Source of the DNA: Fimbriimonadales bacterium
GTDB taxonomy: Bacteria; Armatimonadota; Fimbriimonadia; Fimbriimonadales; ATM1
NCBI GenBank assembly: GCA_041744215.1
Contig: JBGTLG010000022.1
Location: 1 to 64,000, forward strand
Direction of reading: 5' to 3'
Length of the DNA stretch: 64,000 nucleotides
Shown here: in pieces, positions 8,565 to 18,963 of the stretch
How positions within the stretch are numbered: the first letter of the stretch is position 1
Layout of the letters: every line of letters begins with the position of its first letter
The notes under the pieces: model-generated
Databases searched by the model: none
What the model was told of the DNA's origin: nothing
What the model saw: the letters and a program-made list of their open reading frames with translations, nothing else
Translations under genes and position numbers: made by a program

Positions 8565-8861
8565 ATGAGCAATCTGAGAAACTACGAAGCACTTTACATC
8601 TTGCCGGCCAACCTCGACGATGCGACGGTGACGGCCCATGTGGAGAAGAACAAGAAGCTGATCGAAGACCACGGAGGACAGGTCGAACTTGCCGAAAAGT
8701 GGGATAAGCGAAAACTCGCGTATCCGATCAAAGGGCACTCCGAAGGCAACTATTGCATCTTGCACTTCACCGCACCGGCGACTGTTCCGGCCGAACTCAG
8801 CCGTCAGTTCCGCATCAGCGACGAAGTCATCCGAGGCAGGGTGTTTTTGCGGGAGGCATAG
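8565..8861 (+). CDS. rpsF: 30S ribosomal protein S6
   Basis: RNYEALYIL, KRKLAYPIK. Confidence 0.97.
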   Translation: MSNLRNYEALYILPANLDDATVTAHVEKNKKLIEDHGGQVELAEKWDKRKLAYPIKGHSEGNYCILHFTAPATVPAELSRQFRISDEVIRGRVFLREA

Positions 8862-8864
8862 GAC

Positions 8865-9305
8865 ATGGCAGCAATCAATCGAGTTGTTATCACAGGCCGC
8901 CTTACGAACGATCCCGAACTGCGAACCACGCCTAGTGGCAAGCAGGTGGTCGGTGTCAGCGTAGCGGTACAGAAACGCTTCAAACCTACGGATCCAAACG
9001 AGAAGGACGCGCACTTCTTCCGTGTAACTTGCTGGGGTCGAGACGCCGAATTCCTGGCCAACTACGCCCACAAGGGCAGAATGGTTGGAATCGAAGGCCG
9101 ACTTGAGCAGCGCCGATACACCGGAAACGACGGGATCGAGCGCGAAGTAGTCGAGATCATCGCAGACAATGTCGCTCTTCTCGATCGACCTCGCGACGAC
9201 GCCGGCGGAGGCGAGAACCGCGAGCGTGCCGTCGCCGCTGTCCCTGCGGGCGGCGCCAGTTCCAACGACGAGCCGGACGACTACGACCCATTCGCAGAGG
9301 AGTAA
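8865..9305 (+). CDS. ssb: Single-stranded DNA-binding protein
   Basis: INRVVITGRLTNDPELRTT; acidic DDYDPF tail. Confidence 0.97.
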   Translation: MAAINRVVITGRLTNDPELRTTPSGKQVVGVSVAVQKRFKPTDPNEKDAHFFRVTCWGRDAEFLANYAHKGRMVGIEGRLEQRRYTGNDGIEREVVEIIADNVALLDRPRDDAGGGENRERAVAAVPAGGASSNDEPDDYDPFAEE

Positions 9306-9308
9306 GGC

Positions 9309-10358
9309 TTGCACAATCTAGACGACCCTTCATTCGTCCGAAAGAACGACCCGAAGGGGATGATGGATCTCACAGAGGGCTTCCCGGCTCAGTGCCGGGA
9401 AGCCCTTGCGATTTCTTCGGCAGCAGACCTGCCCGATTCGCTTGCCGGGAAACAGGCAATCTGCGTCGCTGGGCTCGGCGGTTCCGCAGCTGGAGGCGAC
9501 TTCCTACGGGCATTGGTGGACGCGGCCGGGTCAACCCCGGTTGTCGTCTGGAGAGACTACGGCCTCCCGTCCTGGGTTGGAAAAGACACGCTCGTGATGG
9601 CGTGCAGCTATTCCGGGAACACTGAAGAGACGCTGTCGGCTGCGCGAATGGCGAAAGACCGCGGTTGCGCCGTGCTCGCAGTAACGAGCGGCGGAGAACT
9701 TGCTGACATGGGATTTCCTACAGTCGCAATTCCGGGCGGTCAGCCCCCCCGCACAGCTCTCGGCTACCTCTTCGTGCCGCTTGCCGTCGCTGCGGAGAAG
9801 CTCGGATATCTGCCACGGCAACGCTACGACACGGCTTTCGAATTGCTCGATGCCTGCGTTACGGAGTGGGGGTCGGCAGCGCCGATCGAAACGAACGAAA
9901 CAAAACGGATTGCAGACGCACTCGGCGGGAGCGTGCCCATCGTTTATGGATCGGGATCATGGGCGGGTTTGGTTGCCAATCGTTGGAAGGGGCAACTGTG
10001 TGAGAACGCGAAAGTCCTTGCATTCGCAAACACCTTTCCTGAACTCAATCACAACGAAATCATGGGTTGGGAGCTGAGCGGGAGTCAGAATGTGCTGCAA
10101 TGGGTGACGATCGTTTTGGAGTCGGGAGACGAAACTCCGAAGATGCGCAAGCGAATCGACGTTAGTCGCGAGCTCATTAGGCAGAAGACAGAGCTACATA
10201 CTGTAAAACCGCGAGGGAACAGCCTGCTTGAAAGGATGTTGTCGCTTGCGTTCTTCGGCGATTTCGTGAGTATCTATCTGGCAGCGCTGAACGATGTCGA
10301 TCCTGAAACGATCGATTCGATCAACAAGTTAAAAGCAGAACTCAGCAAAGTTAGCTGA
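9309..10358 (+). CDS. Bifunctional phosphoglucose/phosphomannose isomerase
   Basis: GLGGSA, SYSGNTEET, ENAK, PELNHNE. Confidence 0.92.
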   Translation: MHNLDDPSFVRKNDPKGMMDLTEGFPAQCREALAISSAADLPDSLAGKQAICVAGLGGSAAGGDFLRALVDAAGSTPVVVWRDYGLPSWVGKDTLVMACSYSGNTEETLSAARMAKDRGCAVLAVTSGGELADMGFPTVAIPGGQPPRTALGYLFVPLAVAAEKLGYLPRQRYDTAFELLDACVTEWGSAAPIETNETKRIADALGGSVPIVYGSGSWAGLVANRWKGQLCENAKVLAFANTFPELNHNEIMGWELSGSQNVLQWVTIVLESGDETPKMRKRIDVSRELIRQKTELHTVKPRGNSLLERMLSLAFFGDFVSIYLAALNDVDPETIDSINKLKAELSKVS

Positions 10359-11373
10359 CGGAGAGATCGCGGAAGACGCAGATTGCCTGTTCAGCCTTCT
10401 CATCATCGACTTCTCGGTGAAACACGCACCGCAAGCGGTGTGGTGCGACTGCGAAGCACCAGACGTTATTGTCGTGCAGTCTCTCTGCCCAAGCGTCTGC
10501 TGGCGATTCCGTATGCACAAGAACCATGTTTGTCTGAACGTTGTCAAGTTCCACTCGGATTCCGGGAAGATCGGAGATCGCCGATGCAAATCGCTTCGCC
10601 CTCGCATGATCTTCTGCAAGACGGTCGACGAGATTGTTCAAAGCATAGATGCCGCAGGCAGCCAGAACGCCAGCTTGCCGCATCGAGCCGCCCATGCGCT
10701 TTCGGTGCTGTCGCGCGCGTGCAATGAAATCGGCTGGGCCCGTCAGTACTGATCCGACAGGACAGGAAAGTCCTTTGCTCAAGCAGAAGCTGACTGAGTC
10801 GGCGAAACGTGCGACCTCGCTGGCGGCGATACCTTGCGCGATTGACGCGTTAAAAATGCGTGCGCCATCGAGATGCACCTTCAATCTGCGGTGTTCCGAA
10901 AGCTCCCAATATGCTTTCATTCGCGATTGCGGGATGATGGTTCCTCCGCCTCGGTTGTGCGTATTCTCTATGCAAAGCAGTGTCGTAGTCGGCGTGTGGA
11001 GCGACGGTGAGGTGATCCGCTCCTCAATCGTTATAGGATCCATCGCCCCATTTTCAGAAGGAAGCGTCCAGGTAACGACGCCTGCGTGCACGCCGGGCCC
11101 TCCAGATTCATAAAAGAGAATGTGCGCGTCCTGCTCGATGATCATGGCGTCGCCAGGTTGAGTCCATGAGAGAATCGCGATCTGGTTGCCCATTGTCCCA
11201 CTTGGAACGAACACAGCTGCCTCTTTTCCGAGCGTGTTCGCGGCGAGTTTTTCCAGTGCGGTTACTGTCGGCTCGTCGCCCAATACATCGTCACCGAGAG
11301 GCGCAGAAACCATCGCTTCGTACATCTCTGGCGTAGGCCGTGTAACTGTATCGCTGCGCAGGTCGACGATCAT
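10351..11373 (-). CDS. ltaE: Low-specificity L-threonine aldolase
   Basis: [20 protein letters not shown]. Confidence 0.92.
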   Translation of the reverse strand: MIVDLRSDTVTRPTPEMYEAMVSAPLGDDVLGDEPTVTALEKLAANTLGKEAAVFVPSGTMGNQIAILSWTQPGDAMIIEQDAHILFYESGGPGVHAGVVTWTLPSENGAMDPITIEERITSPSLHTPTTTLLCIENTHNRGGGTIIPQSRMKAYWELSEHRRLKVHLDGARIFNASIAQGIAASEVARFADSVSFCLSKGLSCPVGSVLTGPADFIARARQHRKRMGGSMRQAGVLAACGIYALNNLVDRLAEDHARAKRFASAISDLPGIRVELDNVQTNMVLVHTESPADAWAERLHDNNVWCFAVAPHRLRCVFHREVDDEKAEQAICVFRDLSVS

Positions 11374-12116
11374 GTTGCGAAGTGCTCCCGGAAAAAGTTC
11401 ATAGATTGATCGAGGATGAGCTCGAATGCAGATAGTGTGAACGAGTGCCCCTCACTCGGCAGCACGTGCAGCGCAGTCGGGACTCCGTTCAGCGTGAGGG
11501 CATCGTGCAGCTTCCTGCTTTGCTCAGCCGGAACGATGTCGTCTTGGTCGCCGTGAAAAATTACTGTCGGGGCAGTGTTCTTATCCACTTGATACAGTGG
11601 ACTCGCCGCAATCCAAATCTCTTCGTTCCCTTCGTATGGAACTCGCATGTACTGCCCAATGAAGTCCCATGAAATCGGTGGATGCTGGACCTGTGGCTGA
11701 GTCAAGTCAGTCAAGCCGCAAACATCCGCGCAGACGTTAGCCCTCGCAGCGGCTTCGGGCGAGACGGCCGCGGAAAGAGATAGGTACCCGCCTGCGCTGT
11801 TGCCGAAAGTGGCGATGCGGTTTGGATTGATCCCGAGGTCTCCCGCGTGCGTTCGCAAGTGCGAAATGAATGCACGGATGTCTTCAATCGCAGTCGGGTA
11901 TGAATGCAATGGCGCGAGGCTGTATTGGGGACAAAACGCTGCAAATCCTTGATCGGCAAGCATCATCGCGACGTCGCACATATCGGACTTGTCTCCGCTG
12001 ATCCATCCGCCGCCATGGATGCAAACAACCGATCCAACGGGCGAGGGCGGGATGAAGGCGTCGTAAACTAACTGTCTCTCGCCGGACGAAAAAGAGTTGT
12101 TGGCTATTCGCTTCAC
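11370..12116 (-). CDS. Alpha/beta hydrolase (esterase/lipase)
   Basis: HGGGW, GNSAG, HGDQD. Confidence 0.9.
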   Translation of the reverse strand: MKRIANNSFSSGERQLVYDAFIPPSPVGSVVCIHGGGWISGDKSDMCDVAMMLADQGFAAFCPQYSLAPLHSYPTAIEDIRAFISHLRTHAGDLGINPNRIATFGNSAGGYLSLSAAVSPEAAARANVCADVCGLTDLTQPQVQHPPISWDFIGQYMRVPYEGNEEIWIAASPLYQVDKNTAPTVIFHGDQDDIVPAEQSRKLHDALTLNGVPTALHVLPSEGHSFTLSAFELILDQSMNFFREHFAT

Positions 12117-13381
12117 TGTATCACCGCCTCAAGCAGCGAGTTCGTCTCATCAACCGAGTCGCCAAAGACCGAGATCGCCGTATCAACTTCGTCGGCTGAA
12201 ATGATCAGGGGCGGCTCGAAGCGGATCACGCGGCGATTGTTGAGCGTGTACGCCGCGATGACTCCTCGCTTTACCATTTGTCCGATTGTGAGTTCGCCAA
12301 CGTCATCCATCTTAAACTCCACTCCGAGCATCAATCCTTCCCCGCGAACCTCAGAGATCAGTTCGGGGAACCGCTGTTGAACCGATTCGAGTCCGGACTT
12401 CAATCGCGATCCCATAAGAACGGCACGATCGCACAGTCCTTCGTCTTCGATGACAGATATCGATGCAAGCGCGACTTCGCACGCCAAAGCGTTACCGCCG
12501 AATGTCGACGTATGCACCAGCGGATTTGCACCGAACACCTTCTCCCATATCTCGGTCGTACCCATAAACGCGCCGACCGGGGCAACTCCGCCGCTGAGGC
12601 CCTTGGCGCAGGTGATCAAGTCGGGCTTCACTGCAGGATGGTGGTCAAGCCCAAACATCTTGCCAGTCCTCCCAAAGCCCGTTTGCACCTCGTCAACAAT
12701 CAGCAGCGAACCGCTACGATCGCAGGCTGCGCGCGCGGCCTGCATATACTCTGGCGTCGCAACGTGGATTCCCCCTTCCCCTTGAATTGTTTCGACAATG
12801 AAGGCGGCGGTTGATTGATCGATTGCATCCAGGGCGGAAACATCATTGAACGGCGCGAATTCGAAGCCAGGCACGAGCGGCAGGAACGGCTCTCGATATT
12901 TGTCGCGCCCAGTTGCAGATAGCGCGCCCATCGTTTTTCCGTGGTATCCGGCGTGGGTCGCGACGAACTTTTGTCGGTCCGAGAATGACTTCGCGAGCTT
13001 CAAAGCGCCTTCAACGGCCTCGGTCCCGCTATTGCAGAAGAACGAATACTGCAAATCGCCCGGGCTGATCTGTGCGAGCTTCTCTGCGAGGTCGGCGAGG
13101 GGCTTGCTGAAAAAGACCTTGCTCGGAAGCGGCTGAGTGTCGAGCGCACGTTTAGCAGCTTCGACGACCCTTGGATGACGGTGACCGATGCCGAAGACCC
13201 CGTAGCCGCCCAAACAGTCTAAAAATCTCCGGCCGGTGTGGTCGTACAAGTAGCAGCCTTCAGCCCGCGCCTCAACTCCGTAGCCGGCGAACGCCATCAG
13301 CCGAGCCAGGCCAGGATTCACGTACTGGGCGTACTTATCGATGACTGACTCGAGTAGCTGGTCTTCCCCGGATTGATCCAT
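12113..13381 (-). CDS. Class III aminotransferase (putrescine/ornithine type)
   Basis: NSGTEA, IQGEGG, DEVQTGFGRTG, AKGLSGG. Confidence 0.9.
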   Translation of the reverse strand: MDQSGEDQLLESVIDKYAQYVNPGLARLMAFAGYGVEARAEGCYLYDHTGRRFLDCLGGYGVFGIGHRHPRVVEAAKRALDTQPLPSKVFFSKPLADLAEKLAQISPGDLQYSFFCNSGTEAVEGALKLAKSFSDRQKFVATHAGYHGKTMGALSATGRDKYREPFLPLVPGFEFAPFNDVSALDAIDQSTAAFIVETIQGEGGIHVATPEYMQAARAACDRSGSLLIVDEVQTGFGRTGKMFGLDHHPAVKPDLITCAKGLSGGVAPVGAFMGTTEIWEKVFGANPLVHTSTFGGNALACEVALASISVIEDEGLCDRAVLMGSRLKSGLESVQQRFPELISEVRGEGLMLGVEFKMDDVGELTIGQMVKRGVIAAYTLNNRRVIRFEPPLIISADEVDTAISVFGDSVDETNSLLEAVIQ

Positions 13382-13429
13382 CGGCCGATTATGCCCCCTT
13401 CAAACCCCGGTGGTATATTGCCGCGCGTC

Positions 13430-13855
13430 ATGAGCAGCGAAAATGAAAGGACTCTGATTTTGATGAAACCGGACGGTGTAGCCCGTGGCCTCGTTGGAGA
13501 GGTGCTCAGGCGGTTTGAGTCTCGGGGGCTCCGCCTTGCGGCGATGAAGCTGATCAACGCCCCACAAGGAACCGTCGAGAAGCACTATGACGAGCACCGC
13601 GATCGCCCGTTCTTCGGGGACGTCGTCAGTTACCTCTGCTCGGGGCCGATCGTGGCCATCGCCCTTGAGGGTCCGAATGCCGTAAAGTCGGCCCGGGCGA
13701 TGATGGGCGCAACGAATCCAGCCGATGCCCCGTCTGGCACTATCAGGGGCGATCTCGCCCTCAGCATCGAAAAGAACATCGTACACGGGAGCGCTGACCC
13801 CGAATCAGCCGCCAGAGAACTGGCCATCTGGTTCAGCGATTCCGAGTACGTTTGA
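13430..13855 (+). CDS. ndk: Nucleoside diphosphate kinase
   Basis: ERTLILMKPDGV, GTIRGD, NIVHGS. Confidence 0.96.
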   Translation: MSSENERTLILMKPDGVARGLVGEVLRRFESRGLRLAAMKLINAPQGTVEKHYDEHRDRPFFGDVVSYLCSGPIVAIALEGPNAVKSARAMMGATNPADAPSGTIRGDLALSIEKNIVHGSADPESAARELAIWFSDSEYV

Positions 13856-13945
13856 CGGGGACGACCTTTTTCTGGTTAGAATAGGGAATTCCCGGCGCCC
13901 GCAGGATGTGGGCGAAGGCTAACGAAGGATTGGAGGTCCTGTGAC

Positions 13946-14464
13946 ATGAAGCGATTGCTGACACTAAGCGCACTGGGCGCAGCCTGTGCGCTCACCCTGC
14001 CCGCCACCGCCCAAAATGGGCTCGACTTGGAGAGTTCGCGAATCTCGGTTCGCGTCGGCGCATTCTTTCCGTTTGACGCCGAGCTTAGGAACCTGGACAC
14101 GATCTGGTTCCAAGCTGGCCTGGACTTTGAGTTTAGCGCCAGCCTATTCCGAAACGCGGTCACCGTCATATCGGCCGACTGGATGAGCCGCGTGAGCGGC
14201 GCGCGAGACAACGCGTTTCCCATCTTCTTCAGCCAACGCTGGTACTCAGGCGGCGACGAAGGCGGTCGAACCTACTGGCATGCCGGAATTGGTGCTGCCG
14301 TGACCGACTTCCAGCCAGCAGACCTGCTTTTCGCAGCTCGTGCAGGGGTCGGCCGGGAGTTCGGCGAGCGGATGTTCGTCGAAGGCAACGTGATGTGGTC
14401 AGACGAAGACAAGGGAGGCAGAAGCGTCACTGGCGCATCCGCTTTCGTCGGATTTCGGTTCTGA
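13946..14464 (+). CDS. Outer-membrane beta-barrel protein
   Basis: Signal peptide, amphipathic strands, C-terminal FVGFRF. Confidence 0.75.
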   Translation: MKRLLTLSALGAACALTLPATAQNGLDLESSRISVRVGAFFPFDAELRNLDTIWFQAGLDFEFSASLFRNAVTVISADWMSRVSGARDNAFPIFFSQRWYSGGDEGGRTYWHAGIGAAVTDFQPADLLFAARAGVGREFGERMFVEGNVMWSDEDKGGRSVTGASAFVGFRF

Positions 14465-14553
14465 GAGGCTAAACGCCGAAATTGTGGGCCGGGCGAGGAA
14501 TCTCGCTCGGCCTACGTATTTCTTTGGCCAACGCCCGTCTAAAGGAGACACAC

Positions 14554-15129
14554 GTGAGCACAGAAACGCCAGGAGTCAGATACGCGGAGATAGAGAGGGA
14601 GTCCGATTCGACGCGCGTTAGGGTCGTCCTTGACCTTGACGGAGGCCAGAAGGCCACAGTCGACACCGGAATCGGATACTTCGACCAACTGCTCGCACTA
14701 ATGGCCGGTGCGGGTCGGATAGACCTTGGGGTCTCAGCGGAAGGCGACCTCGCGGTGGATGACAGGAACACGATCGAAGAGGTTGGCTACTGCTTGGGAC
14801 GGGCTGTTAGGCATGCACTCGGAGATGGACAGGGAATCATCGGGCGGGCTTCCGAGGCTGCCGTCCACGAGGACGCCCTCGTGCTGGTCGCTCTCGATCT
14901 TGCGACGAGGCCGTACCTCGGCTATGAACTTGGCCTAACCTACGAGCGGATTGGAGGCTTGACGGGTGAGTATGTCGAGACGTTCCTCCGATCATTCACG
15001 CTTCAGGCAGGCCTCAGTCTTCATGTGCGACGCCTCGACGGCCACAACAATCACCATCTGTGCGAGGCGACTTTCAAAGGTCTGGGGCGTGTGCTGGGTC
15101 GCGCGGCCCAAAAGACCGAACTCGTCTGA
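14554..15129 (+). CDS. hisB: Imidazoleglycerol-phosphate dehydratase homolog, degenerate
   Basis: TGIGYFD and NNHHLCEATFKG motifs; first metal motif altered; GTG start after AGGAG. Confidence 0.75.
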   Translation: MSTETPGVRYAEIERESDSTRVRVVLDLDGGQKATVDTGIGYFDQLLALMAGAGRIDLGVSAEGDLAVDDRNTIEEVGYCLGRAVRHALGDGQGIIGRASEAAVHEDALVLVALDLATRPYLGYELGLTYERIGGLTGEYVETFLRSFTLQAGLSLHVRRLDGHNNHHLCEATFKGLGRVLGRAAQKTELV

Positions 15130-15131
15130 CC

Positions 15132-15674
15132 GTGCGCTTGCTACCCAAACTCGTTATTGGCGGCCGGGAGCCACCGGCTGACGCCCGCGAGCGGGCAATT
15201 CGCCTCGCTCAGGCAGGCTCGACTGAGGTGCTGGTCTATGACGAGGACGGTGACAGGGCCGGCGCCCCACAGTGCGTTCAGGTTATCGCTGAGGTTATCT
15301 CGACCTTTCCCGGTGCGGTGATCGTCGATGCGGGGGTCCATCTTATCCATGTCGCCGACTTGGTTTTGGGGCTGGGAGCGAGCCGGGTGGTGGTGAGCGT
15401 TTCGGCCGTCGCAACAGACCTTGCCCTTAAAAACTTCGCTACTCGCTTCGGCTCGTCGGTGATTTTCCGGGGCTCTGGGGCTGAACTTGGTTCTCTTCGC
15501 GAAGCAGGAGTTTCGGTAATCGTGCAGAATGCTAACCCGCGAGACATTCAATCGGTTCACGCAAAGGAACTTCTGGCAGACCCCGATGATGCTTCTCGCA
15601 ACCCTGGACTCTGGGCAAACGTATCTATTGCCGGCCTGGTCGTCCGAGAGAATGAATACGCCGAGATGTCATGA
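15132..15674 (+). CDS. Degenerate HisA/HisF-like TIM-barrel protein
   Basis: Follows hisB; VDAGVH...LGASRVVV pattern; short for the family. Confidence 0.55.
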   Translation: MRLLPKLVIGGREPPADARERAIRLAQAGSTEVLVYDEDGDRAGAPQCVQVIAEVISTFPGAVIVDAGVHLIHVADLVLGLGASRVVVSVSAVATDLALKNFATRFGSSVIFRGSGAELGSLREAGVSVIVQNANPRDIQSVHAKELLADPDDASRNPGLWANVSIAGLVVRENEYAEMS

Positions 15675-15982
15675 GTTGGCTTCAGTCACTATTGGGAAAC
15701 TTCTTTGTGCAGATCTTCATTGGGATAGGCATCATGGTGTTGCTGATCACGATCGGCGAGTCGATCAAGAGCCTGGTCTCAGGCAGGACATCCGGAAAAG
15801 CGATCCGAAAAGCCCGAGAGGAGTCGAGTAAGGAATTGGTCGGATTACGGAATGAAATGCAAAGCATGAAGGAAATGTTGCTGGCACATTCGATGAGCCT
15901 TGACGAAAACGTGTCCCATCTCGCACGGCGTGTTGAGCACCTCGAGCGCCAGGTTGGAAATGTACACACAGGAGGCGGTTAA
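15671..15982 (+). CDS. Small membrane-anchored coiled-coil protein
   Basis: N-terminal TM helix and heptad-rich C-terminus. Confidence 0.7.
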   Translation: MSWLQSLLGNFFVQIFIGIGIMVLLITIGESIKSLVSGRTSGKAIRKAREESSKELVGLRNEMQSMKEMLLAHSMSLDENVSHLARRVEHLERQVGNVHTGGG

Positions 15983-16270
15983 ATGGAATGGCTAATACCA
16001 ATCGTAGCGATCTTCTGCGTTTTTGGATTGCCGATGATTATCGGTCTCGTTTCTATCATGCTCAAGCACCAGCGAACCATGGCGGAATTGATTCATAGCA
16101 ACAAAGGCGTAAACATTGAGCAGGAACATGAGATAGCCGCGCTTAGATCTGAGATCGAGAACCTTAAGTCAGCGCTTTACGATCACTCGTCGAGCATCGA
16201 CGACAACGTTCGGGCGCTTGCAAGTCGCGTCGAGCGTGTGGAATCAGAATCGCGAATTCGGGAAGCGTGA
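15983..16270 (+). CDS. Small membrane-anchored coiled-coil protein, paralog of the upstream gene
   Basis: Shared HSxSxDxNVxxLAxRVExxE motif. Confidence 0.7.
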   Translation: MEWLIPIVAIFCVFGLPMIIGLVSIMLKHQRTMAELIHSNKGVNIEQEHEIAALRSEIENLKSALYDHSSSIDDNVRALASRVERVESESRIREA

Positions 16271-16315
16271 TAGTTCGCGACTGCGACCGTTCGATCGTCG
16301 TTTTTTATTGAATTG

Positions 16316-16391
16316 TGGCGCCCCCGACAGGACTCGAACCTGTGGCCCACTGCTTAGAAGGCAGTTGCTCTATCCGCTGAGCTACGGGGGC
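16316..16391 (-). tRNA. tRNA-Arg(TCT)
   Basis: Cloverleaf, anticodon loop CTTCTAA, CCA. Confidence 0.96.
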
Positions 16392-16402
16392 ACACGGAGA
16401 TT

Positions 16403-17185
16403 TTACCCGTGCAGGTTTTGCTGTTCTGCGTCCTCAGTAGGTTCCGTGATTGCAGTAACCGGCAGATCCAGCTCTTCGAGAGCTTGGTTTATCGAGTTGA
16501 GTTGCGCCCGAATGTCTGACATAGCCTCCAGAAAAACTTCCTTTTCTGCAGGCACTGTGTCGCCAACCAGTCGATGGCCGAGAATCTGAACACGCATCGA
16601 ATCCAACGCACTGATAAACACGGCGCACTGTCCTTCTGTGCGCGTTACTCGCGCTGTGATGCCCTGGAAGTGTCGGCGGTACTCCGCAACATTCTTGTCG
16701 GCCATAACATAAAGCTCGTTCGTCTCCATGTCCGGCGACTGAACGTGAAACGGAAACGCGGCGGTCGCAAGGTTTCCTTCGCTGCGCATTATTTCCCCAC
16801 GCACTATGTCCGCCCTTCGAAGCGATTCGTAGAGCTGGTTCGCGGTGCGCTCTATTCGGTTTGGAAGATCGTTCATAGATCTGCGAATATGCTCTGGAGC
16901 GAGTTTGAGAGCAGCGCGCAAACGGTCTAACCGATCTTCGACTAAACTCCAGAGGTGCTTGTGTTCAGAATTTTTAAATCGCCGATTGAGAAAGTCGTTT
17001 CTGACCGCGAGTGAGTAAATGCCTAACCCAACGCCGGTAATCGCAAGGCCAAAGCCGAAGGCGACGGCTCCCATTCCGGCAAGCAGATATGTCGCATAAA
17101 CGCACGCGGACATTGCGAGCAGCCTGAAGGGGTGGAAGATTGCTGCCGCGTAAATCTTGCGATCTGCGCGCTTGATTTCGCTCAT
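16403..17185 (-). CDS. Hypothetical membrane/coiled-coil protein
   Basis: ATG overlaps the gatA stop; two TM segments then a helical region. Confidence 0.7.
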   Translation of the reverse strand: MSEIKRADRKIYAAAIFHPFRLLAMSACVYATYLLAGMGAVAFGFGLAITGVGLGIYSLAVRNDFLNRRFKNSEHKHLWSLVEDRLDRLRAALKLAPEHIRRSMNDLPNRIERTANQLYESLRRADIVRGEIMRSEGNLATAAFPFHVQSPDMETNELYVMADKNVAEYRRHFQGITARVTRTEGQCAVFISALDSMRVQILGHRLVGDTVPAEKEVFLEAMSDIRAQLNSINQALEELDLPVTAITEPTEDAEQQNLHG

Positions 17186-18633
17186 TAGACGATGTTTGGT
17201 AATCCAATCTTCGGCAGAACCTCTTCTGCCGCGAGAGCAATAGAGAACAGTTTCGCCTCGTCGAATCCGTTCGCAACGAGTTGCAGGCCGACAGGGAGGC
17301 CGTTTGCGAGCCCGCACGGCAAGCTGATCGCCGGAAAGCCGCCCATGTTCGCGGGGATTGTGCAGAAGTCGGCGAGTTTCAAGGCCATTGGGTCATCCAG
17401 TTTGTCCCCAAGCGGAAAAGCCGTAGTTGGACTGGTTGGACAAACAACCCCATCGTAATCTGCGAAGAGTGCTTCAATCTGGCGCTTCATCAGAGTGCGC
17501 GCTTGACAAGCCTTTGCATAAAACGCATCGTAGTATCCGGACGACAACACATACGTGCCGATAACGATTCGCTCCTGAACTTCTTTACCGAATCCGCGAG
17601 AGCGTGTATGCGTCATCATTTTGATTGAATTGTCACCCTCCTCTCTCAAGCCGTATCGGACGCCATCAAATCGCGCTAAGTTGCTGCTCGCTTCGGCCGG
17701 CGCGATGATGTAATATGTCGATACGCCGTGTTCGATAACTGGGAGTGAAACTTCTTCGATGATCGCTCCGGCGTTAGACAGTGCGTCCATTGCAGCCAGC
17801 ACACTTGCCCGAACTTCGGGCGCAACGTGACTCGAAAACATCTCTGTGGGAGCGGCGAGCTTCTTTCCTTTGATGCTTGGTGCACGCGCTAACTCTTGAT
17901 CGTAGGGTCGGTCGACTGTGGTGGAGTCAGCTCGATCGATTCCAACTACGGCTTCGAAAGCGTCGATCACATCGGAAACATTGCGAGCGAACGGCCCAAT
18001 CTGATCGAGCGAACTCGCGAACGCCACAAGTCCGAAGCGGCTGACACGTCCATACGTCGGCTTGAACCCGACAACGCCAGATAGTGCCGCTGGCTGCCGC
18101 ACACTCCCTCCGGTGTCAGAGCCATAAGCGATTGGCGCCATGCAAGCGGCTACCGCTGCTGCGCTGCCACCGCTGCTTCCGCCTGGAACGCAATCGGTGT
18201 TCCAGGGATTTCGCGTCGGAAAGAATGCGCTGTACTCCGTACTCGTTCCCATCGCGAATTCATCCATGTTTGTCTTGCCGACGATAACCGATCCTGCATC
18301 TTCCAGGCTCTTTGCGGCAGTTCCTTGGTGCGCAGGAATGTAGTTTTCAAGAATCTTGGACGCGCAAGTCGTGCGCAATCCTTCTGTAATCATGTTGTCT
18401 TTCAGCGCAACTGGGATGCCAGTCAACGGATTCGATCTCCCATTGTCGAGCATCTCCTGCGCTCTGTCGGCACTGGAGAGCGCGCGCTCCGGATCGACAG
18501 TGATGAACGCACGAATTCTTGGATCGAGCTTGGTGATTTGAGTGAGATGAGCTTCTGCGAGTTCGCGTGCCGAGAACGCCCTCTCTCGAAGACCGCTCCT
18601 CATTTCGCCAACGGAGAGCGATTCGAGACCCAT
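17185..18633 (-). CDS. gatA: Asp/Glu-tRNA amidotransferase subunit A
   Basis: Amidase signature GGSSGGS, GSDTGGS, SSNLARFDG. Confidence 0.97.
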   Translation of the reverse strand: MGLESLSVGEMRSGLRERAFSARELAEAHLTQITKLDPRIRAFITVDPERALSSADRAQEMLDNGRSNPLTGIPVALKDNMITEGLRTTCASKILENYIPAHQGTAAKSLEDAGSVIVGKTNMDEFAMGTSTEYSAFFPTRNPWNTDCVPGGSSGGSAAAVAACMAPIAYGSDTGGSVRQPAALSGVVGFKPTYGRVSRFGLVAFASSLDQIGPFARNVSDVIDAFEAVVGIDRADSTTVDRPYDQELARAPSIKGKKLAAPTEMFSSHVAPEVRASVLAAMDALSNAGAIIEEVSLPVIEHGVSTYYIIAPAEASSNLARFDGVRYGLREEGDNSIKMMTHTRSRGFGKEVQERIVIGTYVLSSGYYDAFYAKACQARTLMKRQIEALFADYDGVVCPTSPTTAFPLGDKLDDPMALKLADFCTIPANMGGFPAISLPCGLANGLPVGLQLVANGFDEAKLFSIALAAEEVLPKIGLPNIV

Positions 18634-18635
18634 CG

Positions 18636-18923
18636 CTACTCAATAATCGTCGGGACCAGAAAGAGGCCGGCTTCCGACGAAGGGGCATTTGCGAGCGCCC
18701 GATCCCGAGGCATCCCGTCGGCGGCCTGATCTTCTTCCCAAACGCTCCTAGAATCGACGGCGTGGGCCGACACTTCGACACCAGCTAACTGTAATTCTTG
18801 CAGGTGTGTGAAATGCGTTAGCACTCGATTCAAGTCGGAGTGCATCGCTTCCAACTCGGCATCGGAAAGCCGGAGCCGCGCCAAGTCGGCGATCTGGCGC
18901 AATTCGTCCATCGATATCGGCAT
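18636..18923 (-). CDS. gatC: Asp/Glu-tRNA amidotransferase subunit C
   Basis: IADLARL...ANAP...FLVP; adjacent to gatA. Confidence 0.92.
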   Translation of the reverse strand: MPISMDELRQIADLARLRLSDAELEAMHSDLNRVLTHFTHLQELQLAGVEVSAHAVDSRSVWEEDQAADGMPRDRALANAPSSEAGLFLVPTIIE

Positions 18924-18963
18924 GGCGAGGTCACTATACCTTTGGGTGCGGCCATAATCCGAG

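Noticed and set aside
8424-9314. 296-aa minus-strand ORF
   Set aside because: Antisense shadow of rpsF and ssb.
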